A DNA stretch of 25,878 nt, from positions 1 to 25,878 of the forward strand of contig NIVC01005113.1 in the NCBI GenBank assembly GCA_002269645.1, given 5' to 3'. The translations under genes were made by a program, and so were the position numbers. The notes beneath the pieces were generated by a model, which worked only from the letters and a program-made list of their open reading frames with translations, was not told where the DNA came from and ran no database searches. This DNA comes from Macrostomum lignano. Taxonomy: Eukaryota. Each line of letters starts with the position of its first letter. Position 1 is the first letter of the stretch. Of the stretch, positions 1 through 9,678 are shown piece after piece.

Positions 1-1237
1 CCAAGGGATCGATATCTATGTCGGAAGAGCAGAGAAATGTTGTATACCGCCTGTCACGTCCCTATAGGTTGAATCAAAAATCAAATTTAAATAAAAAACG
101 TTTTTGATACCGAACGAATGGATAAATATAGTATTCTGTGTACTGTGTATATGCTCGAATTTCATTGTCCATTTGCCATATATGGTTTCTAAAATAATTA
201 AGTAAACGGATTTCAAAGTCAGATCTCACTAATAAAGGTTCAAGGAGGAGTTCAATTGAGTTAGATGACTTCGGATCATCCTTAAAATTGAGCCAAAGGT
301 TTATGATTCTAGAAGAACTAGGGCCTAGTTAGTTTGTTGGAAAGTATTACTAATAAAAAATTCACTGTTGTTTTTAATCAATAGCCATAAAAATCAAAAA
401 GTTAAGCTCAATCCAACTATCTGACTTTCGAAGGACTCGCTACAAGGACGCTACACTTGTATTTCTTAGAAATGAGCTGAAAGCCGGTAATGAATTATCA
501 TATTTATCGTAGTGTCTTTAATATGCTTTAAAGAAATCGGATTTGGGATTCGGAAATGGGTTCGGAGTTGGGGACAGATGATAAAAATTTGCAGACATTT
601 TTTCTTTCTGTAACACTGGTACTGGATGCCCGCACACGTACTTTAGGCTCGACTTCAAGGTAATGTATATGCACTATTTTTAGATGGGGCTTTCTCGATT
701 TGCCAAGCGTGGAAGTTTTAAATTTTAAACTTTGGCACGGCGAACGGTTTTCCAGATGGTTTTCTTCTTTTACTTCAGTAAAGTACTTCTATCTGATAAC
801 TTTATGCAGCGACCAACAACTTGCAGCTAAAAAGTCTGGCTGTCGCGAAAGTGATCCACATCAAGTATCAGCACACGAGCCATAACTTTTGCAGCCTCGT
901 GACCCCTACAGTCGAGTGGGCAGTCTGCGTGAATGCAGATCTGATTTCAGGGTCGAGCTAGAGTCATGGAAGGAAACTGCAGAATAGCTAATAAAGATCT
1001 TAGGCCGGTACTTCTGGCACAGCTTAGCAAAATTGTAGATATTCTAGCTCAGATATTCGATCTCCGCTCTGTTTATACAGAAGAGGCTGATACAAGTAGT
1101 ATGTGCTGAAAATAACTGTGAATTAAGAGCGTTAAGGGAGATAATTATTCTATCATCCATCACAATCCCGTATGGTCTGTAGCCAGCCATGTAGAAGACT
1201 CCAAATGTCACCACAGACAGGGGCAATATTGCACACT

Positions 1238-1774
1238 CAGAGGCGCCGCAATGGATTTTAGGGTGGGGGACAAAGCCAAGAATTCTGCATATTTTACATG
1301 TACATGAGTAAATTCCTACATGTACATTAGTTTAAGAATGGTGCTGTCAGCGATTATTTTGGCGCCACAGACATGCACTCATTTTAGCGCCTCGGGCACT
1401 CATTTTAGCGCCCCAAGCACTCATTTTAGCGCCCCAGGCACTCATTTTAGCGCCACAGGCGTGCACTCATTTTAGCGCCACAGGCGTGCACTCATTTTAG
1501 CGCCACAGGCACTCATTTTAGCGCCACAGGCACTCATTTTAGCGCCACAGGCATGCACTTATTTTAGCGCCACAGGCACTCATTTTAGCGCCCCAGGCAC
1601 TCATTTTTGTGTCGCAGACACCATATATTTTGTCGCCCTGAAGCAAAATTATTGATTTCCATTACAGGTCAACAAAGGTGGGGTAGGGGGGACAAAGCAT
1701 TGGCATGTCCTCCCCCATAGCTCTTACTGCTGGGGGGACATGTCCCCCTGTCTCCCCTGGTGGCGACGCCCCTG
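1238..1774 (+). mobile_element. Non-autonomous MITE of the CAGGGGCG...CGCCCCTG type with an internal 21-bp minisatellite
   Basis: Imperfect terminal inverted repeats: CAGAGGCGCCGCAA at 1238 vs reverse complement of TGGCGACGCCCCTG ending 1774. Subterminal G/C palindrome GGGGGGACATGTCCCCC at about 1732-1748. No coding capacity. The left part is homologous to 19361-19487 (-) and the right part to 22596-22718 (+). No TSD identified. Confidence 0.7.
1352..1612. repeat. Minisatellite, unit GCACTCATTTTAGCGCCACAG (21 bp, some 25-bp variants), about 11-12 copies
   Basis: CACT(C/T)ATTTT recurs at 1376, 1397, 1418, 1439, 1464, 1489, 1510, 1531, 1556, 1577 and 1598. Confidence 0.95.
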
Positions 1775-2281
1775 GCGCACCTGGATCTCACTACCAGACC
1801 TCTCGAGGCTAGAGCCCCGCCTGGATTGGTTACCAGGGGATTTAGGCTAACAGGGGAGACGCATGCAGCCGAGTACAGGGACTGCTTGGAGCATATTCGG
1901 GAACTCTGGGCTCAATCTGGAGGATTTCTCAGCAGGGGACCCTTTGTTGGCTGTGAATGAGGCGGACTTGCGGCGTCAATTACTAAGAGTAGTGTGAGGC
2001 GAAAATGTACTAGCTATAGTTTAGATTGCTCAGGGCGAAGGGACACGTAAGCATGGGGTTGCAACCTTCCTGCTGCCATTCTGTGCCAAGACCGCTAATC
2101 CCCTCTACTGCACGCACAAGCAGATGAGCTCGCTTGGGGAGCTGAGGGAACTTGACGGTATCGGACCGCGGACCGGCAGAGATTTGTCCTATAGACGAAT
2201 GGGGGGTCAGATCAACGTCTGACGGCAAGTCCTAAGAGAGGACGAGAAGGACCGAAGTTGAAGCGTCAAGATGCAAACGTC

Positions 2282-2562
2282 TGAGGGTTTTCACGCCGAA
2301 AACCGCTTCCTTAAATAGCCCTCACGGCCACCGCTCCGAGGCCATTTCCATGACTCCCTCTCTCTGATTGGCTGCCGGAGAAATGACGTCAGAATGAGTC
2401 ATGATGAGAAGCATGAGAACGGCATAGCAAACATGAGAAATGAGAGAATTGCGCAATCCGGAGGAGGGGTGGGGGAAATGAGCACAGCGGGGTCGAAGAA
2501 GTGTTGCGCAAGAGGGGGTGATGAGTCATCGGGGTGAAGGAGGGGTCAGAGGCCTTGCGTCA
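2282..2562 (-). promoter_or_regulatory. Pol II promoter-like module (TATA + CCAAT + six bZIP sites), probably the U3 region of an LTR-like element
   Basis: Reading the minus strand: TGACGCAA (2555-2562), AP-1 TGACTCA (2522-2528 and 2395-2401), C/EBP TTGCGCAA (2504-2511) and ATTGCGCAAT (2448-2457), CRE TGACGTCA (2384-2391), CCAAT (2367-2371), TATTTAAG (2310-2317). Motif identities come from established consensus sequences; activity is inferred. Confidence 0.55.
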
Positions 2563-2879
2563 CCGTTTGGGATTTTAAAAGGGGATGGGGCGACGGTGAG
2601 CACAAGCAATACTGTAAGTAAGCACAGGATGAGGAGGGGACAGCGCAAGAAAAGCGGGCTAACATGGTGAGTAAGACGAGGAATGCGAGAAGTACATGAT
2701 AAAGGGGTGGGGCGCTTGAAAAATGGGGAGGTAGGCGAGGTGCATAATGAAAAAGGGGCTCCGGAAGGGCACGTGTGGCTGAGTGGGAGACAGAACCGAG
2801 ACAGCAGGGGGTCGCAGCAGAGCGGGAGTCAGCTGGCCTGGTCAGGGGAGCCACCCTAGCGGCGGGCATTATCACTGAA

Positions 2880-3850
2880 GACTTAATCGCTCGTGCGGTC
2901 AGAACCATCAAGCCCTTCAAATCTCCTGGACCTGATGGTATCTACCCTGTTCTTCTTCGTGAAGCAGCCAAGATACCCTCGTTCTTGAGACTTACCCGCA
3001 ATCTCATGCGGGCCTCTATCCAGATGGGATACGTTCCCAAGTGCTGGACCAAATCTCGGGTAGTCTTCATTCCCAAACCCGGGAGGGTGAACTACCAGAG
3101 CGTCAAGGCCTTTAGGCCAATTAGCTTAACGTCAGCAATGCTTAAGCTCACTGAGAGGCTTATTCTCTGGCGGCTGCTTTCTTGCGAGCTGACAGCAATG
3201 CCTCTTAGAAATCATCAGCACGCCTTCCGTACCGGGAGGTCGACTGACAGCGCCCTGCATGCGATTGTCGAGAAGATTGAACGGGCGGTACTGGGTGACG
3301 GTAACGCCCTGGCTCTTTTTCTCGACATTGTTGGCGCCTTCGACAACGTTATCTTTGAAGTGTTTCAGAGGGCCTTCAAAACCGCAAAGCTCACGCTACC
3401 CTCATGCGGTGGATCATGTACATGATCTCTAACCGTACGGTCACTGCCCAACTTCTTGGGCAAACTGCCTCCGCCAGAGTCTGTAAGGGTGGACCCCAAG
3501 GCGGAGTCCTCACCCCGACGCTCTGGAACCTGGTCATGGACGCTCTTCTGGGTGACTCCAGACCTGATCCCGTCTTCAAAGTCGGGTATGCAGACGACGT
3601 CACTGCCATTTTGTCTGGGCCGTTCCCCAGCACGGTCAGGGATCTGATGCAGAGCTTTATCCGCAAAACAGAATCCTGGGCCAATGACAACGGTCTGGAA
3701 CTCTCTGAGCCCAAAACTGTTGCCATTATGTTCACCAGCAGAATACGCTGGAACATACGACCTCTGCAGTTATACGGCAGAGATATTGCCTTCGCGCACC
3801 AGACCAGATGTCTTAGGGTCATACTTGACCACCGGCTCAACTGGTCCTTC
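2880..3850 (+). pseudogene. Reverse transcriptase domain of the non-LTR element (one frameshift near 3400)
   Basis: ORFs 2775-3425 and 3404-4210. The YADD catalytic motif is encoded at 3587-3598 and the PQGG motif lies upstream. Confidence 0.92.
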
Positions 3851-4402
3851 CACGTGAAAGCAAAAGCCAAGCGTGCCTCAGCCATCCTGGCCCAGCTCCG
3901 ACGAGCACTTGGCACTTCTTGGGGTCTATCCCCAAAGCGGCTTTGGTGGATCTACACTTCCGTAGTTAGACCCGCCATTACGTACGCCTCGGTTGTCTGG
4001 GTTAGCGCTACCCAGGTCAAAAGCCATGCAGATTTGCTCAACACGATCCAGGGCAGAGCGTGTAGGCTCATCTGCAACGCCACCAGGTCCACGCCCTTTG
4101 CCGGCATGGGGCCTTCCTTAATCTACCGCCTCTCGACCTCTTCGTCAGGGGTGAGGCGGCTAGAACGATGCGGCGCTTACTTGATGCCGGTGTCAAATTC
4201 CTTTACATGAGGGCAACTGCTAAGCGGAACCTCGTCCCGCATAGCGACCTGTGCCTCAACATCCTCAACGAGTGTCAGGCCAATCGCGTCTTCACCGATG
4301 GCATTGCCTCAACAACGCTCAACCTGAGAACAACGCTACTCCGTAGCTATCGACTCGCGCGATACCATCAATGACCACTGGAACCCCGGTGAGCTTCATT
4401 GC

Positions 4403-4777
4403 TACACCGACGGTTCTAAGCAGTCAGCCAACACCGGTTTTGGTGTTGGAATCTTCCTGAACGAGAGGGTCATCGCAACCCACGCTCAATACACTGGGGT
4501 CAACTCCAGTGTCTTCCAAAATGAAGTTCTCGCCATCAGCTCCTGCACTGCAGAGCTCCTCGCCACTGGCGTAACCGGTAAGAACATCATTTTCCATTCG
4601 GACAGCCAAGCTGCCTTGCACGCCATCAGTGGCTGTAGTACCAATTCTGCTACAGTCCTCAACTGTATCAAACTCCTCAACATGTTGGATTCCACCAACA
4701 AAATCACCCTTAAGTGGGTTCCGGGGCATGTGGGGATCCGAGGAAATGAGTTGGCTGACGCCCTTGCAAAAGTTGGC
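4403..4777 (+). pseudogene. RNase H domain of the non-LTR element
   Basis: In the frame of ORF 4616-5173, extended upstream: YTDGS (TAC at 4403), FQNEV, FHSDSQAAL, WVPGHVGIRGNELAD. All four D/E/D/D catalytic residues are present. Confidence 0.9.
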
Positions 4778-5914
4778 GTTTCTGGCTCCTCTCTCGGTCC
4801 CGAACCCCTTGTTCCGATTCCTGGCTGTGTCATCGACTCGCGCATCAAAGCGTGGATCAGGACCCAGCACCGCTCGACTTGGGCGAACTGCACTACATGC
4901 AGGCAATTCAAAGGCGCTGTCCCTCAGCCCTCTCACCAGCTCCGGAAGCTCCTCTTGCGCCTCTCGCGCAGAGACATCCGGGCTGCCACCATGACCCTCT
5001 CTGGTCACGGCTGCTTCTCCAGGCACCAGTACCTGCAGGGCAACGCCACCAACGCCATCTGCAGTTTCTGTAACTCAGGTGACGAAACCGCTGAGAATTT
5101 CGTCAGCATCTGTCCCGCCTTTACGCGAGCCAGACTCACTTACCTCGGGCCACACACGTACATCTATTACTGAAGCGTGCAAACCCGAAAACTTTAATCA
5201 GCTCATGCGCTGCCTCCGGGCCACCACCCGCAGGGCCGAACTCTCCTTTCTAGAGAGCACTATAGCTGCTGGCGACACTGGGGGACCTCCCTGGGGGGCG
5301 CCAACCCTTCGTCTATAGCGACGTGTCGGCCGTTCAGGGATTAGCGGAATAGGCGTTCGCGCCTTCCCGCTGTGTCCCCCCGGGACAGCCCTGCAGCTAA
5401 GTCAAGTAAGTCATGCACCGCTACGTCAACTACTATACGTCTAGTAGACAACTACTACGTCGCAAGTAACTATGTTGAAATATGGCTTAATGCATCAGCT
5501 ATTGTGAGTGACAATCCATGTGGTACTCAATACTTGAAAGCATTGGCTATAATGGACATGGAGGCAGCAGTAACCAAAGCCCAGAGTGAGAAATTAAGCC
5601 AAAAAAACTTTTAGATATCATTCTGATGCTACTACGACATTTCGTTCGTAAAAGCAATTATCATCATCAACGCCCTAAAAATGTCTAAAAACGCCCTAAA
5701 ATTCATGAATGATTAAGAAAATATTGTATTCACTGTCTATAATTATATGGGCTCCGTAGAAAAATACACAAAATACTACTCACACAAGAACACTCCAGCT
5801 ATATTGTTCCAGTCAATAAAAAAAAACTAACACAGAGGCTCTCATTTCATTTTTCATTGTGGGAGAAACCAGAGTTCATAGAGCATAGCACCGATTGGTT
5901 GAGTAGCAAACGGT

Positions 5915-6412
5915 TCAATAACTTCCGCCCTTGTTCCAACGCTGTCCGCTCTTGTTCCAGCGCTGTCCACCTTTGTTCCAACGTTGTCCGCCCTTGTTCC
6001 AGCGCTGCCCACCTTTGTTCCAACGTTGTCCGCCCTTGTTCCAGCGCTGCCCACCTTTGTTCCAACGTTGTCCGCCCTTGTTCCAGCGCTGCCCACCTTT
6101 GTTCCAACGTTGTCCGCCCTTGTTCCAGCGCTGTCCGCCCTTGTTCCACTGTCCGCCCTTGTTCCAGCGCTGTCCGCCCTTGTTCCAACGTTGTCCGCCC
6201 TTGTTCCAGCGCTGTCCGCCCTTGTTCCAACGTTGTCCGCCCTTGATCCAACGTTGTCCGCCCTTGTTCCAGCGCTGACCGCCCTTGTGCTTTCTGCTCC
6301 AGTCGATGGCTCTGACGCCGGAGCTATCAGGCAGATTGGCGGCCGCGATGGCGCACAAAAGCGCCGCAGTGGCCGCCAGAAGAAGAAGATGCCTCGAAGA
6401 CTTTGTCGGCAT
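5915..6412 (-). CDS. Secreted Gly/Trp/basic repeat protein: signal peptide, short spacer, 17 x GGQRWNK (165 aa)
   Basis: The ATG is followed by a typical signal peptide (MPTKSSRHLLLLAATAALLCAIAAA). Recurrent repeat variants are synonymous in this frame (GGC/GGT, GGA/GGG/GGT, CAA/CAG, CGT/CGC, AAG/AAA), and the only indel is an in-frame 3-bp loss. An AG acceptor-like site lies 1 nt upstream of the ATG. No family recognised. Confidence 0.8.
   Translation of the reverse strand: MPTKSSRHLLLLAATAALLCAIAAANLPDSSGVRAIDWSRKHKGGQRWNKGGQRWIKGGQRWNKGGQRWNKGGQRWNKGGQRWNKGGQWNKGGQRWNKGGQRWNKGGQRWNKGGQRWNKGGQRWNKGGQRWNKGGQRWNKGGQRWNKGGQRWNKSGQRWNKGGSY
5921..6285. repeat. Coding 21-bp tandem repeat (17 units, partly alternating as a 42-bp dimer)
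   Basis: Units TTGTTCCAACGTTGTCCGCCC and TTGTTCCAGCGCTGCCCACCT on the + strand. Confidence 0.97.
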
Positions 6413-6834
6413 TCTGTTTGCTTGAAGCAGATACCTTGGTCAGTTAGCAAAAATGTTTACCTGTGAGTTCTGAGTGCAATATACATCGGTTATTTATGCT
6501 GAATTTGAAGAAGCACACGATAGATTGATTACGCAAACGCACCTGCAACAGAGCGTTGATGCCAGGTGAGTATTCAGATGCGTTGAGACAGTCTCAAATT
6601 GACAGGAATTCAACAATTTGGCCAAATTAATAGTAAGCCTGGCTTGACTTTGCCAGGTGCAAACCGCTAATTAGCCAAATTTATTAATTTATTCCAGTCA
6701 AGAAGCAGCTCGTATTAATTAGCAGTGCGCGTCAAAAATATTTGATCTGCTACGGAAGGAAAGCGAGTTTGCGAGGAAATTCTTAGAGACCTCACAATTT
6801 TTCCGGCGATAAAAACTAAAAAAAACTCATTTTT

Positions 6835-7312
6835 AATGTGAGGGAGGTCAATGTGAGGGAGGTCAGTGTGAGGGAGGTCAGTGTGAGGGAGGTCAGTGTG
6901 AGGGAGGTCAGTGTGAGGGAGGTCAGCGTGAGAGAGGTCAGTGTGAGGGAGGTCAGTGTGAGGTAGGTCAGTGTGAGGGAGGTCAATGTGAGGGGGTCAG
7001 TGTGAGGGAGGTCAGTGTAAGGGAGGTCAGTGTGATGGAGGTCAGTGTGAGGGAGGTCAGTGTGAGGGAGGTCAATGTGAGGGGGTCAGTTTAAGGGAGG
7101 TCAGTGTGAGGGAGGTCAGTGTGAGGTAGGTCAGTGTAAGGGAGGTCAGTGTGAGGGAGGTCAATGTGAGGGGGTCAGTGTGAGGGAGGTCAGTGTAAGG
7201 GAGGTCAGTGTGAGGTAGGTCAATGTGAGGGTGGTCAATGTGATGGAGGTCAGCGTGATGGAGGTCAGTGTGAGGGTCAGAGTGAGGGAGGTGGGGGAGG
7301 TGAGTGAGGGAG
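6835..7312. repeat. 15-bp minisatellite TGTGAGGGAGGTCAG, about 30 copies, degenerating to the right
   Basis: Direct tandem repeat visible in the sequence. Confidence 0.97.
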
Positions 7313-7609
7313 TTTGGTATTGTTGAGCCACAGCATTTCAGCAATCCCCCCCATACGAGTCTTGATGTCTCCGCAATTCTTCATGAACCTCGAGCAGAGT
7401 TTCGGAAAACACCCCAGACCCTTGACTTCTTAGCAGTTGCCCCACGAGTCTTACATGGTTGACATGACGCTTCTTTTATTGTCGAAATAACGGTTCTTTT
7501 ATCTGTCTTCTTGACCTTCGCAAAACAGCATGTTCTTCGAATATTGAATCTCTTTAGTATTGAGCGATTTCCTAGCCACGACACGTACCGTCACTGGAAA
7601 ATTTCTGAT

Positions 7610-7712
7610 CGAACGGTGCAAGTTTGATGAAAATCGGTTGAACCGGTTTTTTTATTTCAAAAAATCAACCACACAAGACAGACAACTTATTTCTATAGTT
7701 AGTATAGGTGTA
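7610..7712 (+). mobile_element. Possible 3'-end remnant of a non-autonomous Helitron/HINE-like element
   Basis: GTGCAAGTTTGATGAAAATCGGTTGAACCGG...AGACAGACAA...CTATAGTTAGTATAG resembles, from memory, the AAATTTCA..AAAATCGG / GACAGAC / TAGTATAG end of Lep1/DINE-like elements. Similarity is not computed. Confidence 0.35.
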
Positions 7713-7922
7713 AGAAATGGGATTTGCCCGAATTATCACGGGCGATTTTATTTATGAACTTCAATCAAACATTTTAATGCCGCATAGAGCGTTTAGGAAT
7801 AGACATTGCTATATATAGTTTACGATGTACTTTAAAATGAAGTCAGTCTGGCTTAGAAGATGATGACTGCCCCATCTTAATGCCAATAAATGCAGACATG
7901 AAAAAATGACACCGTTAGAGCA

Positions 7923-8246
7923 TCACCGCTTTTTACCAGCCCGTCTATTATCAAGCCTTCTTTTATTTCCCGCAAATTTATTGTTAAACTTTGACTTCGA
8001 GTTAACGTGGCGAATCTTCTCAACCTTGCCGCTATTGTTGGCAGCCGATGATTGGGCCTTCTTATTTCTGGCAGCCTTCCTGCCCGCACCGCCGGAGCCT
8101 GTTATGCGCAGCCTGGCTCGCTCGGCGATTTTGTCGGCTCGTTCGCGAACTTTCGCTTCGGCCCGATCCGCTTGCAGCCGGGCGTAGCCGACTGGCCGCT
8201 TCTTGGCGACGCGGGCGCCCATAGCAACCAGGAGGCGAGCGCGAAC
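7923..8246 (-). CDS. FSAF1: FSAF1/C1orf131 (DUF4602, Faf1-like small-subunit processome factor) homolog, last exon
   Basis: Acceptor TTTTATAATCTCAG| at 8247, phase 0, in frame with ORF 7923-8222. Spliced to the upstream exon it reads DVLKSQCLMLEGKEKRK|VRARLLVAMGARVAKKRPVGYARLQ. This aligns without gaps to the recalled human core [42 protein letters not shown]. Confidence 0.62.
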   Translation of the reverse strand, partial: VRARLLVAMGARVAKKRPVGYARLQADRAEAKVRERADKIAERARLRITGSGGAGRKAARNKKAQSSAANNSGKVEKIRHVNSKSKFNNKFAGNKRRLDNRRAGKKR

Positions 8247-8351
8247 CTGAGATTATAAAAATATTGTGAGAAATTAGTTACATGGCTGGGTGTTCCATCA
8301 TTATTACACTAGCTAATCTCTTTCTAATAAATTATTAATAAAAGGCTTAAA

Positions 8352-9329
8352 ATCTCACTAATAAAGGACTAATAGAAAGCTACGTTTCTCACTAATGAGT
8401 GGCTAATAGAAAACTCAACCTCACTAATGAATGACTAATAGAAAACTCAAATCTCACTAGTGAATGGCTAATAGAAAACTCAACCTCACTAATGAATAGC
8501 TAATAGAAAACTCAAACCTCACTAATGAATGGCTAATAGAAAACTCAAACCTCACTAATGAGTGGCTAATAGAAAACTCAAACCTCACTAATGAGTGGCT
8601 AATAGAAAACTCAAACCTCACTAATGAGTGGCTAATAGAAAACTCAACCTCACTAATGAGTGGCTAATAGAAAACTCAAACCTCACTAATGAATGGCTAA
8701 TAGAAAACTCAAACCTCACTAATGAGTGGCTAATAGAAAACTCAAACCTCACTAATGAGTGGCTAATAGAAAACTCAACCTCACTAATGAATAGCTAATA
8801 GAAAACTCAAACCTCACTAATGAATGGCTAATAGAAAACTCAAACCTCACTAATGAGTGGCTAATAGAAAACTCAAATCTCACTAGTGAATGGCTAATAG
8901 AAAACTCAAATCTCACTAGTGAATGGCTAATAGAAAACTCAAACCTCACTAATGAGTGGCTAATAGAAAACTCAAACCTCACTAATGAGTGGCTAATAGA
9001 AAACTCAAACCTCACTAATGAGTGGCTAATAGAAAACTCAAACCTCACTAATGAGTGGCTAATAGAAAACTCAACCTCACTAATGAGTGGCTAATAGAAA
9101 ACTCAAACCTCACTAATGAGTGGCTAATAGAAAACTCAAACCTCACTAATGAGTGGCTAATAGAAAACTCAAACCTCACTAATGAGTGGCTAATAGAAAA
9201 CTCAACCTCACTAATGAATAGCTAATAGAAAACTCAAACCTCACTAATGAATGGCCAATAGAAAACTCAATCAAACCTCACTAATGAGTGGCTAATAGAA
9301 AACTCAAACCTCACTAATGAATGGCTAAT
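8352..9329. repeat. Intronic 33-bp minisatellite TAGAAAACTCAAACCTCACTAATGAGTGGCTAA, about 29 copies (32-bp variants)
   Basis: Direct tandem repeat lying inside the predicted intron 8247-9414. Confidence 0.97.
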
Positions 9330-9414
9330 GAAAGACTGCAAATCTTGGCTATGGCTGACTAAAGATATTGCAGAACAGCAGATTCAGACCACAGCTAGAT
9401 CAGAAATGCTTCAC

Positions 9415-9678
9415 CTTTCGTTTCTCTTTGCCCTCTAACATTAGGCATTGAGATTTGAGCACATCCACTCGAACAGATGCCAGTGGCGCCTGCAGCAGTT
9501 GGTTCAACTCAGCATCCAACGGCGCATCATCGCCATCAGTAGTCGCTTTTTTGGCAGTAGATTTTTCGCCAGACTGTTTTCTTCGAGATGACAAATCGAA
9601 GTGAGCAAAATCTGGGGCAAGGCGAGGCTGCTTGACACCCGCCGATGGGGGCTGCTTTTTTGCTGCTTTCTTTGCCAT
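9415..9678 (-). CDS. FSAF1: FSAF1/C1orf131-like gene, upstream coding exon (MAKKAAKK...LEGKEKRK)
   Basis: ATG at 9678 inside ORF 9400-9738, encoding a basic low-complexity N-terminus. The donor AAG|GTGAAG at 9414 is phase 0 and matches the acceptor phase at 8247. Predicted product is 195 aa; further upstream exons are possible. Confidence 0.58.

Larger units (their letters stand above)
2757..5413 (+). mobile_element. 5'-truncated non-LTR retrotransposon with RT, RNase H and C-terminal zinc knuckle (I-group, LOA/Lian/R1-like); frameshifted
   Basis: The ORF2 remnant is recoverable across frames: KSPGPDGIYP, FIPKPG...RPISLTS, QHAFR, FLDIVGAFD, GGPQGGVLTPTLW, GYADD, RNase H, then C-x2-C-x8-N-x4-C. 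Frame changes occur near 3400, 4108, 4330 and 5158. The 3' UTR ends in a short (TAAGTCA/AAGT)-like tail at about 5396-5413. No endonuclease or ORF1 sequence upstream. Clade assignment is from recalled motifs only. Confidence 0.9.

Noticed and set aside
223-238. 16-bp exact match ATCTCACTAATAAAGG to the start of the 33-bp array (8352-8367)
   Set aside because: May indicate a shared transposon origin, but I could not extend homology on either side.
3391-5318. Antisense and off-frame ORFs overlapping the LINE
   Set aside because: Shadows of GC-rich coding sequence, except the tail of 5079-5318, which holds the frameshifted ORF2 C-terminus.
5931-6278. Plus-strand (LFQRCPP)n as the true product
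   Set aside because: It shares wobble positions with the minus frame and so also looks conserved. However, it has no ATG, is closely bounded by stops and has no signal peptide.
6414-6460. 5' UTR micro-intron (GTAAAC...AG, 26 or 47 nt) upstream of the GGQRWNK gene
   Set aside because: The branch-like GCTAAC is very near the donor and cis- versus trans-splicing cannot be distinguished without transcripts.
7072-7344. ORF with (HTDLP)n/(LTSLT)n
   Set aside because: Derived from the 15-bp minisatellite and shifts frame within the repeat.
8752-9048. ORF (VRFEFSISHSL)n
   Set aside because: A by-product of the 33-bp period; 32-bp units elsewhere break the frame and there is no ATG start.
8352-9329. 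CRISPR-like appearance (33-bp unit with an internal palindrome)
   Set aside because: Units are head-to-tail with no unique spacers, there are no cas genes, and the context is eukaryotic and intronic.
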